Below are positions 27,202-36,520 of a stretch of DNA of 64,000 nt, piece after piece (position 1 is the first letter of the stretch; the number at the start of each line of letters is the position of its first letter). The DNA is from Patescibacteria group bacterium. Lineage in GTDB: Bacteria > Patescibacteriota > Microgenomatia > UBA1400 > PJMF01. The DNA is taken from the NCBI GenBank assembly GCA_039934415.1, contig JBDTME010000001.1:137417-201416 (forward strand), in the 5' to 3' direction. The notes under the pieces were generated by a model that saw only the letters and a program-made list of their open reading frames with translations, ran no database searches and was not told the DNA's origin. The position numbers were made by a program, and so were the translations under genes.

Positions 27202-28085
27202 TGTACATTCCAGATCGGAAGAGTCTTTCAGTTATTTTAAAAAAATCAGATCAATATCAAAATTGGGTTGACCAATATTTGGTGGATATTGCCGATCAAG
27301 TAAAGATTCAGCACGAGGATGCCTTTTTATATCATCACCAAGACAAATTTGATTCTGAGATGTTTGGATTGAAAGTTGGCAAAATTGAGGACGTCATTGG
27401 TGAAAATAAGTCAAATATTTTACATGTTGTCAATGAATTCTTTGAGACTAACCCATACGAGTATTGTGTAATTCGTTTGGCCCAGCACTTCATTGATTGG
27501 ATTCAAGCATTTCAACAACATGGTGCACTCTTTTTGGATGCTACCGTAGAATTAGTTTGTGACGTTCACAAAGTGAGTACTCCCTCAATTTCTCCGTTGG
27601 TCACTGAGGAGCTTAGTCAGAAAATGATTGACCAGACTTTGGAGATTGCCAGTTCATTCTGCCACGGTCGTTTTTTTACTGATCCAGATCTTCAAAAGGG
27701 GTTTGAAGTGTACACAACTTGGATTCAGAATTCGATTGATAAAAAAGCTGCTGATAGAACTTTCGTGTTATACGACCAAGATCAGGTTCATGGTTTTGCT
27801 ACGATCAAAGGTGGTCTTCTTGGTGATCTAAAGAGTTGGCGAATTCAGTTAGTTGGAAAGCATGGGAACTCGGTTCGCTCTGGGGTGGCTGAAACATTAT
27901 TACAACATGTTATCGCAGTTGCTCAACAAGACAATGTTGACGTTGTTTTGATTGCAACGCAATGCACTAACATCCCTGCCTTACGGGCATATCAGAGTGC
28001 TGGATTTTCACCATATGGGAGTGGAGTCACTTTAGGTTGGAAAAAACATCGGAAGTCGATTCAAGAGGATACTAGCCAAGTTTAA
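27198..28085 (+). CDS. GNAT-fold N-acetyltransferase (WecD-like two-domain sugar N-acetyltransferase)
   Basis: 295 aa. C-terminal GNAT motif A 'VRSGVAETLL' (R-x-x-G-x-A) and 'LRAYQSAGF'. Overlaps the upstream aminotransferase by 4 nt, a WecE/WecD-like arrangement. Confidence 0.45.
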   Translation: MMYIPDRKSLSVILKKSDQYQNWVDQYLVDIADQVKIQHEDAFLYHHQDKFDSEMFGLKVGKIEDVIGENKSNILHVVNEFFETNPYEYCVIRLAQHFIDWIQAFQQHGALFLDATVELVCDVHKVSTPSISPLVTEELSQKMIDQTLEIASSFCHGRFFTDPDLQKGFEVYTTWIQNSIDKKAADRTFVLYDQDQVHGFATIKGGLLGDLKSWRIQLVGKHGNSVRSGVAETLLQHVIAVAQQDNVDVVLIATQCTNIPALRAYQSAGFSPYGSGVTLGWKKHRKSIQEDTSQV

Positions 28086-29631
28086 CAATTAAGTTATCTC
28101 CTGACTGATACACAACGTCTTTTTCTTTTAACCCCAATTCCTTTAATGTCGCAAAACTTGTTCTGACAAGTGCATGAGTAAGTGAGTATTTTTTGGCCAA
28201 TTCTTTGAGCGATATTGTTAAAATAGGGTAAACTTCCTGAATTTTCATTAGCCCTGGATTATCGGCATTTACAAATACCTGTGCATTAGTGTGATATACC
28301 AACAGAGTGGTGTTTTGGTGTGGTACAGACACAATCCTTAGTGGTTTCTTTTGCTTGTTGATATAAGAAAAAATCTGCTGAAGCTCGCTAGTGACGCTAC
28401 GATTTTTGTCTTGTATTACTCCTTTTATTTGGACTGATAAAATAATCACAAGGTTTACGATGAGAAGCACCGTTGTTCCTAGTACTACAACAGTACTAAA
28501 TCGTGTACTAAGTGATTCAAAAACAAGGTACGCACTTAAAAGAGATGAAGGTACCGTTGCCATCTCAAGATAGCGTTGTCCTTCCCCTATTGGCATTAAA
28601 AATTTTATTTTTAACACCAATACACCGAAACAATAGAAGAACAAGATCCAAGCTGCATAAGTTAAGAATAGCGGTGAAATATTTATAAGATTGAAGTACC
28701 CTGCTCCAACAATGAGAAAACCACTGATCGCCCATGGATTTAAGCCAAACACTGCTACCGGTGAAAACACTGATAAAAATCGATAGATTTGACCCACCCA
28801 ATCAGTTTTGGTCTCTTTCTTTAGGACGCCTCTGACTTGATGGGCAAAACGATAATCAAGATTACAAATCCAGAAATAAATATTATAGAGATGTCCTTTT
28901 AGGACTCTTAAGTAGTAGCCTTTTGTTAAACTAACTGCCAACACGAACCCAACTAAAAACACTTGTACAAACAGTGCTGTATTCAGGTAATAAGTGAAAA
29001 ATATTGTGATGAAAAGATAGGATTGAGTTGCGAAACGATGTGTTAGAAATATGAATGTGCCAAAAATAATACCAAGGTATAGATAAATAGGATTGTGAAT
29101 ATAGTAAAAATTTAACAAACTAAGAGTGAGTATCGAAAAGTTGAGGTAGCCCAATGATCTAGGGGTTAAATAGCTATTTTCTAAAGCTACCATTGGTGTC
29201 AAAGCGTACATGAGTTGTGCAAGTAAAGATAAGCCTATATTTCCGGTGAAGTAATGTGTAACACTAAATATGAGCAAGACCTGTATAGAGTCAAAGAATG
29301 GGGCGATGAATCCTTGGAAGTTCAATAGTGTTTTGGGTGGTATAAAAGACAGTATCCAAGGAAAAACAGGTGGATAATCAAAATATCCTTCAATAATAAA
29401 TTGTTCCGAGAGCTTCTTTTGAGGAATGTGATGATTATTTTTGCGAATATGTGCTGTCTCTAATAAACGAGTCCAGACATCTACACCAAATAGCTTATTG
29501 AATAACCTTGGGTAGGATTGTAGAAAAAAACTTAAAATTGGGATGATTATTGCGAAAGGTGACATGTGGCGATAGTATAGGATAGCAAAAGCTATGAACA
29601 AAATAAAGCCTTCAATCAAACCCAAACCCAA
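28072..29631 (-). CDS. Polytopic membrane protein, possibly GT-C-like
   Basis: 519 aa, about 12 TMs followed by a C-terminal soluble domain. 'GQRYLEMATVP' sits at the same relative position as the 'SRY..P' block of neighbouring GT-C paralogs. Probable true start at the internal Met (MSPFAII...) near 29565. Confidence 0.35.
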   Translation of the reverse strand: MGLGLIEGFILFIAFAILYYRHMSPFAIIIPILSFFLQSYPRLFNKLFGVDVWTRLLETAHIRKNNHHIPQKKLSEQFIIEGYFDYPPVFPWILSFIPPKTLLNFQGFIAPFFDSIQVLLIFSVTHYFTGNIGLSLLAQLMYALTPMVALENSYLTPRSLGYLNFSILTLSLLNFYYIHNPIYLYLGIIFGTFIFLTHRFATQSYLFITIFFTYYLNTALFVQVFLVGFVLAVSLTKGYYLRVLKGHLYNIYFWICNLDYRFAHQVRGVLKKETKTDWVGQIYRFLSVFSPVAVFGLNPWAISGFLIVGAGYFNLINISPLFLTYAAWILFFYCFGVLVLKIKFLMPIGEGQRYLEMATVPSSLLSAYLVFESLSTRFSTVVVLGTTVLLIVNLVIILSVQIKGVIQDKNRSVTSELQQIFSYINKQKKPLRIVSVPHQNTTLLVYHTNAQVFVNADNPGLMKIQEVYPILTISLKELAKKYSLTHALVRTSFATLKELGLKEKDVVYQSGDNLIVKLG

Positions 29632-30622
29632 CTGGAGCTATGACATCTCAGTCATCATCGTATGCAGAAATGGGAAACAAGTCACTGAGAATTGTTTAAA
29701 AGGGATTCAGAAAACTAAAGTAAAAGAGATCATTGTAATAGATAATAATTCTTCTGATGGTACAGCTCAATTATTAGATCTATATTCCCGAAAAGATAAA
29801 CGTTTTTATATTATTCACAATGCTGCCAATAATGGCTTTGCAGAAGCAAATAACCAAGGATTCAAAGCTGCTACCGCAAATTTCATTCTTTTTCTAAATA
29901 ATGACACTGAGATAGATCATGATTTCATTCCACCTCTACTAAAGAGTCTCAAACAATCGAAAGTAGCAGCTGTACAACCTATGATTCTGTTTCCTGACGG
30001 TACAATTGATTCTATCGGATCTTATTTAACTCCTACAGGGTTTTTATACCATCGAGCGCATCGAATGAAACCAAATTCAAATTTCCTAAAAGAAGAACCG
30101 GTTTACACACTAAAAGGTGCTTGCATGCTTTGGAAACGTTCAGTCTTGGAGGAGATAGGTCAATTTAATGAAAGTTATTTTGCATATTTTGAAGAGACTG
30201 ATTTGTGTCATCGTGCAATCAACGTGGGTTATGAAGTCGTATACAATCCCCGCTCAACAATTACACATCTAGGCGGATTTACTTCAAATTTAATGGATCA
30301 ACATTTTATCCAGTATCACAATACAAAAAACAGAATAACTACTTATTTCTGTAACTTACCACTTTCGTTATTACTCACTATGTTGCCAATTCATCTGCTA
30401 CTTTCTGAGCTGCTTGTATTCAAAACAATATTTAGTAAAAAACTTCGACTTGCTTGGACTATTCAGAAAGGGTTAATTGAAGGGGTTGTTACTGGAATCT
30501 TGCGCCGCATTCGCGCGATTTCTAAGCCAGCAGTGAGTCTGAGTATCGTCATGAAGCGACCCAGCTTGAAGTATTACAAAGCACTTTTTTCTTCATTACA
30601 AGGTTATACAGAGATATGGTGA
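29594..30622 (+). CDS. Family 2 glycosyltransferase with C-terminal TM helices
   Basis: 342 aa. 'ISVIIVCRNGKQ...IVIDNNSSDGT...NNGFAEANNQG...LNNDTE' are GT2 motifs. C-terminal hydrophobic helices 'LPLSLLLTMLPIHLLLSELLVF'. Confidence 0.65.
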   Translation: MNKIKPSIKPKPNWSYDISVIIVCRNGKQVTENCLKGIQKTKVKEIIVIDNNSSDGTAQLLDLYSRKDKRFYIIHNAANNGFAEANNQGFKAATANFILFLNNDTEIDHDFIPPLLKSLKQSKVAAVQPMILFPDGTIDSIGSYLTPTGFLYHRAHRMKPNSNFLKEEPVYTLKGACMLWKRSVLEEIGQFNESYFAYFEETDLCHRAINVGYEVVYNPRSTITHLGGFTSNLMDQHFIQYHNTKNRITTYFCNLPLSLLLTMLPIHLLLSELLVFKTIFSKKLRLAWTIQKGLIEGVVTGILRRIRAISKPAVSLSIVMKRPSLKYYKALFSSLQGYTEIW

Positions 30623-31116
30623 CACAGTTTCTTAAAGATATATTTTTAACAAATTCAGCCACTTACAGTGGTTTTCCCAACTTTACTGTTTTTTTACCCA
30701 GTGCGATGAGAGACTTGTATTTTGATTACTATGGAAGTGGTACTGGGGCTAAAATTTTACTTATTTTTCTGGTACTCATCCTTTTACCTGCTATGTTTAG
30801 CAAACAGTTTAGACTGAGATATTTTTCAAGAACAGCTTTGTTATTAATTTGCAGTGTGTATGGAAGTTCAACTCAGGTGAGGTTGGCAAACACAGAGATC
30901 CAGCTGAGTGCTATTGGGTTCCCCATACCTCGCATTTCAACCCAGATAGTATATTTCATTTTTTTTGTTGCAACTATTCAGGGGTATTATTTTGTAAGAA
31001 AGTTATGTAACAAAAATTGTCGTAAAGTAATTGTTTATACAGTGGATGCGAGTTTCATCTTGCTTTTCCTCATGTTTCTTCTACCATTTTGGTCAGGAGA
31101 ACTTTTTTCACTATGA
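30616..31116 (+). CDS. Small 4-TM membrane protein (GtrA-like candidate)
   Basis: 166 aa with about 4 hydrophobic helices. Located between a GT2 and a large GT-C-like gene. Confidence 0.3.
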   Translation: MVTQFLKDIFLTNSATYSGFPNFTVFLPSAMRDLYFDYYGSGTGAKILLIFLVLILLPAMFSKQFRLRYFSRTALLLICSVYGSSTQVRLANTEIQLSAIGFPIPRISTQIVYFIFFVATIQGYYFVRKLCNKNCRKVIVYTVDASFILLFLMFLLPFWSGELFSL

Positions 31117-33635
31117 AGAAACAATTTAGATCCAATCTTCTTTTAACAATTTGTGTTGCTTCCTTGCTCTCAGTCCTACTAGTTTTTTTTGTGGGACACA
31201 AGATCCCATATATAAACATTCTTCAAAATTTCGTTTTAACGTTCTGTCTTATTATCTTTTTTGTGAGTCTAAAGTTTAGTTTCCCTAAGTTTAGAGCTGT
31301 GATTATATTAACTACATTTGTTTTAGCTACTTTTTTGTGGTTTGAAAAGAATTCTAGTGCTCTACTTTATACTTTTGTAACACTTTGGTTATTACCACCT
31401 TTAACTTTTCAAAGTGTTAAACGCTTTGTCCTTTTGTTTAAGAATGTTATTTCATATTTGTATCAAAAACATTTTTGGGGAATGCTAGTTCTCAGCTTAT
31501 TTTTTGGGGTTTTTTTGTTTTACAGCAACTCATTTCAGTCATTTTTTGAAGGTGACGAGTGGATATATTTTCGTAATTACAATAATTTGTTAAATAGTAA
31601 GATCTGGTTTATTGAAGGATTTCTACAATCATTTAAGGCTGCTGACTCAGCTACCCCTCATATTACGCCAATAGCAGACATGTTCTTTGTAATTGAGTTC
31701 AAGATTTTTGGTCTTAATTTTATTCAATATCTAGTTACTTCGATTAGCGTTCATATATTCACCAGCATTGTATTAGCTCTTTTAGTTTTTGAAATGACAA
31801 GATCGAAATTAACAACATTAATCTCAACTATCTTCTTTGCTTTTAATTCAATACACTCTGAAGCAATCACTTGGATCATGGCTTCCTTAAATACTGAATT
31901 GGCGGTATTTTTTGGGTTAGCAAGTCTGTTGTTTTTACAAAAGTCCTTTGTGCAAAAAAAAACAAACACATATTTATTTTTAGGATATCTCAGTTTGTTA
32001 TTTTCATTATGGAGTAAAGAGACAGCAGTCATTTTTATTCTTGCAGCTGCTTTTTTAATGTGGAAAAACCGTAGTAAGCTTGAAAAAAAGTTTCACTTTA
32101 AACTATTCTCCATTGTTTTAATTATCTTTCTTTTGACCGAGTTAGTAGGCCGTAGAGCACAAATTCACTTTCAATCTTCGATTGGCACAAACTCTCCTTT
32201 ATTATATCGAGTATTTGATTTGTATTATGAAATTAATCCCGCGTTACTAATTTTCCGATGTATGAGCCTTTTTTTAAAAATGCTGGCACAGTCAATTATT
32301 CCTGTAAAAGTAATAAGTTCTTTATCAATTGTTCTAACTGATTTTCAGTTTCCTTTTTTTAATCAAGAGAAAGCAGTTGGAGGTACTACTTATGTAAATT
32401 TTATTCAGTCACCCATGCCAGAAATGATTAGTTATATTTTGGGATTGTTTGTTTTGTTCTTTATTTTAGTCAGTAAAAAACTTCAATTGAATAAACTCTT
32501 TACATGGGGAGTAGCCTACTGGTTTTTGGGTTTACTACCGATCCTGAGCATCCTGGTTGGGTTCCCCTGGCTAGCTTACTCTCCTTATGTTGGCTCAAGA
32601 CACTTCTATCATTTGATGCCAGGATTGGCATTGTCTGTAGGTATTGTGGTTACTTCATTAGCTAAATGGGTCAAAATTAAAAAAAATGAAAGGGTCGCTC
32701 AACTTTTTTTATGTTTAATTACTTTTTCATATATTTATGTCCAGTACAGAGTTCAAGCATTTGATACATTAACAAGGAAAAAAGCTGCAGACTTTACTGC
32801 ACGCAAGAATATTGTTGAGACATTAGTCAAAGATCTTGATCCGATTCCTAAAAAAACAATTATTTACACCACTAGTAATCGAAACTACTATGGCTTCGGT
32901 CTACTTATGTTGCCCTTTCAAACTGCTTTTTCTCATATGTTGCCTGTTATCTTTTCGGAGAACTTCAATTTGCATGGGCTTTTATATCCGAGTTCCTTCT
33001 ACAGTAATGAATACTTTAAAGATTCCACAGATGGATTAGCGACTCAAGGATACTTTGAAGAAAATGGATATGGTCTTGGCTATTTTTTAGAAAAACCAAA
33101 ATTAATTAGAGCTCTAGAGCATGCTGATCTGGGCGTTGAGTACGTATATGCATATCGATTTAATGGCGATGATAACACCTTTTCAAACATGACTGATGAA
33201 TTACGATCTGAATTGAGCAGAGTGCTTGAGTCAAGAATGATGTTCCGAAAATGGAGAACGGAAGAATTCCCGGATGATTTTTTTCTATTTCAAGTTGACC
33301 CAAATTGGCTGGTAAAAAAACAAGAGACTAGCTACTCTATCTTTGATGAGAGAAATAAACCCATTTTAGAAATAGAAATATTTAGGGATATGAAGAAAGT
33401 AAATTTTTTTCAGTTTGTTACCGATCAAGTTGTGGAAGGAAAGAAGATTGACACCAAAATTGGAACAGATACTCTAAATTCTGATCTAGGTCTGAGTAGA
33501 GTGAAATACTACCCTAACTGGAATGAGAACATCTTCTTTGTGGCAGGAGGTCGAGGTACAACATTTTATAGATTTAAAGTATTTCAAAAAGAAGAGGCTA
33601 AGTTGATCTATAGAACTTTGGAATTTGTGGACTAA
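31089..33635 (+). CDS. Large GT-C-like membrane protein with C-terminal extracytoplasmic domain
   Basis: 848 aa, about 14 TMs in the N-terminal 560 aa. First loop 'SFFEGDEWIYFRNY' carries a DE motif. 'SRHFYHLMP' is the SRY-type block. The C-terminal roughly 290-aa soluble domain has no recognisable motif. Confidence 0.45.
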   Translation: MVRRTFFTMKKQFRSNLLLTICVASLLSVLLVFFVGHKIPYINILQNFVLTFCLIIFFVSLKFSFPKFRAVIILTTFVLATFLWFEKNSSALLYTFVTLWLLPPLTFQSVKRFVLLFKNVISYLYQKHFWGMLVLSLFFGVFLFYSNSFQSFFEGDEWIYFRNYNNLLNSKIWFIEGFLQSFKAADSATPHITPIADMFFVIEFKIFGLNFIQYLVTSISVHIFTSIVLALLVFEMTRSKLTTLISTIFFAFNSIHSEAITWIMASLNTELAVFFGLASLLFLQKSFVQKKTNTYLFLGYLSLLFSLWSKETAVIFILAAAFLMWKNRSKLEKKFHFKLFSIVLIIFLLTELVGRRAQIHFQSSIGTNSPLLYRVFDLYYEINPALLIFRCMSLFLKMLAQSIIPVKVISSLSIVLTDFQFPFFNQEKAVGGTTYVNFIQSPMPEMISYILGLFVLFFILVSKKLQLNKLFTWGVAYWFLGLLPILSILVGFPWLAYSPYVGSRHFYHLMPGLALSVGIVVTSLAKWVKIKKNERVAQLFLCLITFSYIYVQYRVQAFDTLTRKKAADFTARKNIVETLVKDLDPIPKKTIIYTTSNRNYYGFGLLMLPFQTAFSHMLPVIFSENFNLHGLLYPSSFYSNEYFKDSTDGLATQGYFEENGYGLGYFLEKPKLIRALEHADLGVEYVYAYRFNGDDNTFSNMTDELRSELSRVLESRMMFRKWRTEEFPDDFFLFQVDPNWLVKKQETSYSIFDERNKPILEIEIFRDMKKVNFFQFVTDQVVEGKKIDTKIGTDTLNSDLGLSRVKYYPNWNENIFFVAGGRGTTFYRFKVFQKEEAKLIYRTLEFVD

Positions 33636-33645
33636 GAAAATCTGA

Positions 33646-35649
33646 TTACTTTTCTACTTCTACATACTCAGGATTTTTTGCTAATACGTAGATTTTTCTT
33701 TCCAAATATCCACTACTCGCGACTTCTTTTAGCATGTAACGGTTTTTAGGGTATGTCTCACTGGCACCGCTTTGTAGGTACGATTTCCAACGAGGTATAT
33801 CATGATCAAGAATATAGAACTTTGCCTGATCACTTGATGACATCGTTTTTTTAACAAATTGGGGGAATCCAGGTTTAAATTCCTTGTTGTCCCAAATAAA
33901 ATTATCAGGTTTTATTTCAGCTGCTACGAAGAAGCCGTTGGTTAAGACAGTTTTCTTCGTGATTTTGCTTACAAGTAGTAAATTATCTGATGCACCACCT
34001 ATGATATAGCTATCAGCAGGCACAACAGTTGCAACCCATTTTAGATATCTAACTTCATTCTGAATTGCCCGAAAACTGGTCGGTAATTTACTTAGTAAAG
34101 GCCAGATGGTTGAAAACATCGTTAGTAGGACAAGAATTAATGAAACTACTCTTGTTCTCGTGCTGAATCGAGTTAAAAAAGATTCAAATCCTTCCTTAAT
34201 TGAGAAAGCAATCAATAAGGCTACCCAAATAATTAATGTTACAAACAGCTGGTTTTGACTAACAGCAGCAAGAGTCAACGATAATGCTGCCAAATAGAAT
34301 ATTTGAGTTCCGACTAAAGCCAAGCTATCCTTTTTGAAAAGAACTAGTTTAAATACGAAGGCAACAAAAACTGACATCAAGATAAAATGATATTTCCTTA
34401 CGGAAGGAAATGGGATAACAACATTTGTTCTAATAAAAGACGAATAAAAAAAGTAAGTAGAAACCGTAGAAAGTAAGATAATCAGCATGAGGAAAATAGC
34501 CCAGATTATAATCTTCTTCTTTTTTAGCAAAATAGAGACTATGCCAAGTCCAATTAACAGATATGCCTTGAGGTATTTTAATGTAAGTAAAGCTCCCATC
34601 ATGCTCAGACCTAGTATATTGATGAATTTTTGGGTGGCAGCACCTTTAAAATGAAGACTAGCACCGAGAACAGCATCCTTTGTTGAGGGGCCACTAGTGG
34701 GTACAAATAAGTCAGTAAGAAAGGAAAATTGGCCAACTGCTAGGTAATGAATAATTTCGAAATAGATGGAAATTCCAAAATATATTGTGAGTGCAATTAT
34801 ACTTTTATTTAGATGGTTCCAGTTGATCTCCATTTGGATATAAGGAAAAGATTTTTTGAAAGAGATGTTTTCAATCATGAGTAAAAGGCAGAAAATGAAA
34901 ATGAATGGTATGTCGCTGACAAACAGAAATGGTTTGTTTAGGCTCTGTAATGCAGCTACAGTTGCAAATGCATTTGTCCAAAATAGCGTTTTCTTATGTA
35001 TAGCCTGCCAAAGTACCCAAACATAGATGATGTACACAAATGAAACTAAAGGATAGATAAAAAACCTACCACTAGAATCATCGATCATGACACTATTGAA
35101 AATCAGAATTAGTGAGCCAATGACACCTCCTATTGAGATTTTTTCTTTTGAAGAGAACAGTAAATATGGGAATACAGCGACGACACAACCACTGAGTAAT
35201 AAGACAAAAGTAATGAGGGTGAGGCCGTCAATAAAATTTAAGTGTCTAAACGTAAATGTCATTAAAGGACACAAAAATAAGTAGTCGTAGTGGGTCAGTG
35301 CCTCTGATGTTTTACCTAGGGCACAATGCATTTGGTAATCTTGATCAGATCCAGAACCAATAGTTGAAAAAGTAAAAGCTTGTCGACCTGGCAGTTCTCT
35401 GGAATCTAATAAGCTATCTAAACGTGTCAGAAACGCAAGAGAAAATAAAATGCACAGTATAAAGTAGTATTTCATACAAAAGTTAATATAGATTTTTACC
35501 ATTGAATCAATCAATTTACAATGATACATTAATTGAGTTATTTTGAAATGATTGCACATTTTTCTTATGAGTAAGCAATTTAAAAAAACAAAAATTTTAG
35601 TTACTGGTGGAAATGGTTTTTTAGGCCAGAGAGTAATTTTAGCTCTCAA
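33646..35649 (-). CDS. Large polytopic membrane protein of unknown function (possible GT-C)
   Basis: 667 aa, many TMs. Probable true start at an internal Met (MKYYFIL...) near 35475; the listed start overlaps the divergent fcl. Confidence 0.35.
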   Translation of the reverse strand: MRAKITLWPKKPFPPVTKIFVFLNCLLIRKMCNHFKITQLMYHCKLIDSMVKIYINFCMKYYFILCILFSLAFLTRLDSLLDSRELPGRQAFTFSTIGSGSDQDYQMHCALGKTSEALTHYDYLFLCPLMTFTFRHLNFIDGLTLITFVLLLSGCVVAVFPYLLFSSKEKISIGGVIGSLILIFNSVMIDDSSGRFFIYPLVSFVYIIYVWVLWQAIHKKTLFWTNAFATVAALQSLNKPFLFVSDIPFIFIFCLLLMIENISFKKSFPYIQMEINWNHLNKSIIALTIYFGISIYFEIIHYLAVGQFSFLTDLFVPTSGPSTKDAVLGASLHFKGAATQKFINILGLSMMGALLTLKYLKAYLLIGLGIVSILLKKKKIIIWAIFLMLIILLSTVSTYFFYSSFIRTNVVIPFPSVRKYHFILMSVFVAFVFKLVLFKKDSLALVGTQIFYLAALSLTLAAVSQNQLFVTLIIWVALLIAFSIKEGFESFLTRFSTRTRVVSLILVLLTMFSTIWPLLSKLPTSFRAIQNEVRYLKWVATVVPADSYIIGGASDNLLLVSKITKKTVLTNGFFVAAEIKPDNFIWDNKEFKPGFPQFVKKTMSSSDQAKFYILDHDIPRWKSYLQSGASETYPKNRYMLKEVASSGYLERKIYVLAKNPEYVEVEK

Positions 35650-36508
35650 AAAAAATGGTCTGAGTAAAACTCAAATCTACTCTCCATCTTCAAAAGAGTT
35701 CGATTTAAGAAATAAAGAAGAATGTCGGGAGGTTATTAAAGGGGTAGACACTGTCATTCATTTGGCAGCAAATGTTGGTGGAATTGGCTATAATCAAAAA
35801 TTTCCGGGAAGTCTTTTTTTTGACAATGCCATCATGGGATTAAATTTGATCGAAGAAGCCAGAATAGCTGAAGTCAAAAAGTTTGTAGCAATTGGCACTG
35901 TATGTGCGTATCCCAAGTTCACACCCGTCCCCTTTAGAGAAGAGGACCTATGGTTGGGATATCCTGAAGAAACTAATGCTCCATATGGTTTGGCTAAGAA
36001 AATGTTACTTGTTCAAGCTCAAGCGTATAGAGCTCAATACGGTTTTAATACGATCTATTTAATTCCTGTAAACCTATATGGTCCTGGTGACAACTTTCAT
36101 CCTCAAAGTTCGCATGTCATCCCAGCTCTCATCCGAAAGTTTTATGAAGCGAAATTGAAAAAGAAGTCTCAAGTTAGTGTGTGGGGCACTGGGAACGCCA
36201 CACGTGAATTTTTATATGTTGATGATGCAGCTGAAGCCATTGTAAAAGCAACTCAGAATTATGATGGGGGTGATCCCGTCAATATCGGGAGTTCAGTTGA
36301 AATTAATATCAGTAATTTAGCTAGAATGATCTCAGATATCATTGGTTTTAAAGGTAAAATAGTTTTTGACAGTTCGAAGCCAGATGGTCAGCCAAGAAGA
36401 AAATTGGACACATCAAAGGCAAAAGAATTTTTTGATTTCGAAGCGAGTACCACATTCAATGCAGGCTTGAAAAAAACTATTACTTGGTTTATTGAGCACT
36501 ATGAATAG
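35567..36508 (+). CDS. fcl: GDP-L-fucose synthase (GDP-4-keto-6-deoxy-D-mannose 3,5-epimerase/4-reductase)
   Basis: 'KILVTGGNGFLGQ'. 'NAPYGLAKKM' is the YxxxK catalytic motif. 'NLYGPGDNFHPQSSHVIPALIRKF' closely matches the Fcl/WcaG '[24 protein letters not shown]' block. Start set at the Met before KILVTGG. Confidence 0.8.
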   Translation: MSKQFKKTKILVTGGNGFLGQRVILALKKNGLSKTQIYSPSSKEFDLRNKEECREVIKGVDTVIHLAANVGGIGYNQKFPGSLFFDNAIMGLNLIEEARIAEVKKFVAIGTVCAYPKFTPVPFREEDLWLGYPEETNAPYGLAKKMLLVQAQAYRAQYGFNTIYLIPVNLYGPGDNFHPQSSHVIPALIRKFYEAKLKKKSQVSVWGTGNATREFLYVDDAAEAIVKATQNYDGGDPVNIGSSVEINISNLARMISDIIGFKGKIVFDSSKPDGQPRRKLDTSKAKEFFDFEASTTFNAGLKKTITWFIEHYE

Positions 36509-36520
36509 AGAAAACCGTTT

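Noticed and set aside
30616-31116. Possibility that the 166-aa membrane ORF is a frameshifted N-terminus of the 848-aa GT-C-like gene, making a pseudogene.
   Set aside because: The downstream gene has its own plausible N-terminus and a full GT-C layout with the DE loop. A separate small 4-TM protein fits the Gtr-like logic, and a second example sits at 48387-48749. I keep them as two genes and flag the alternative for checking.
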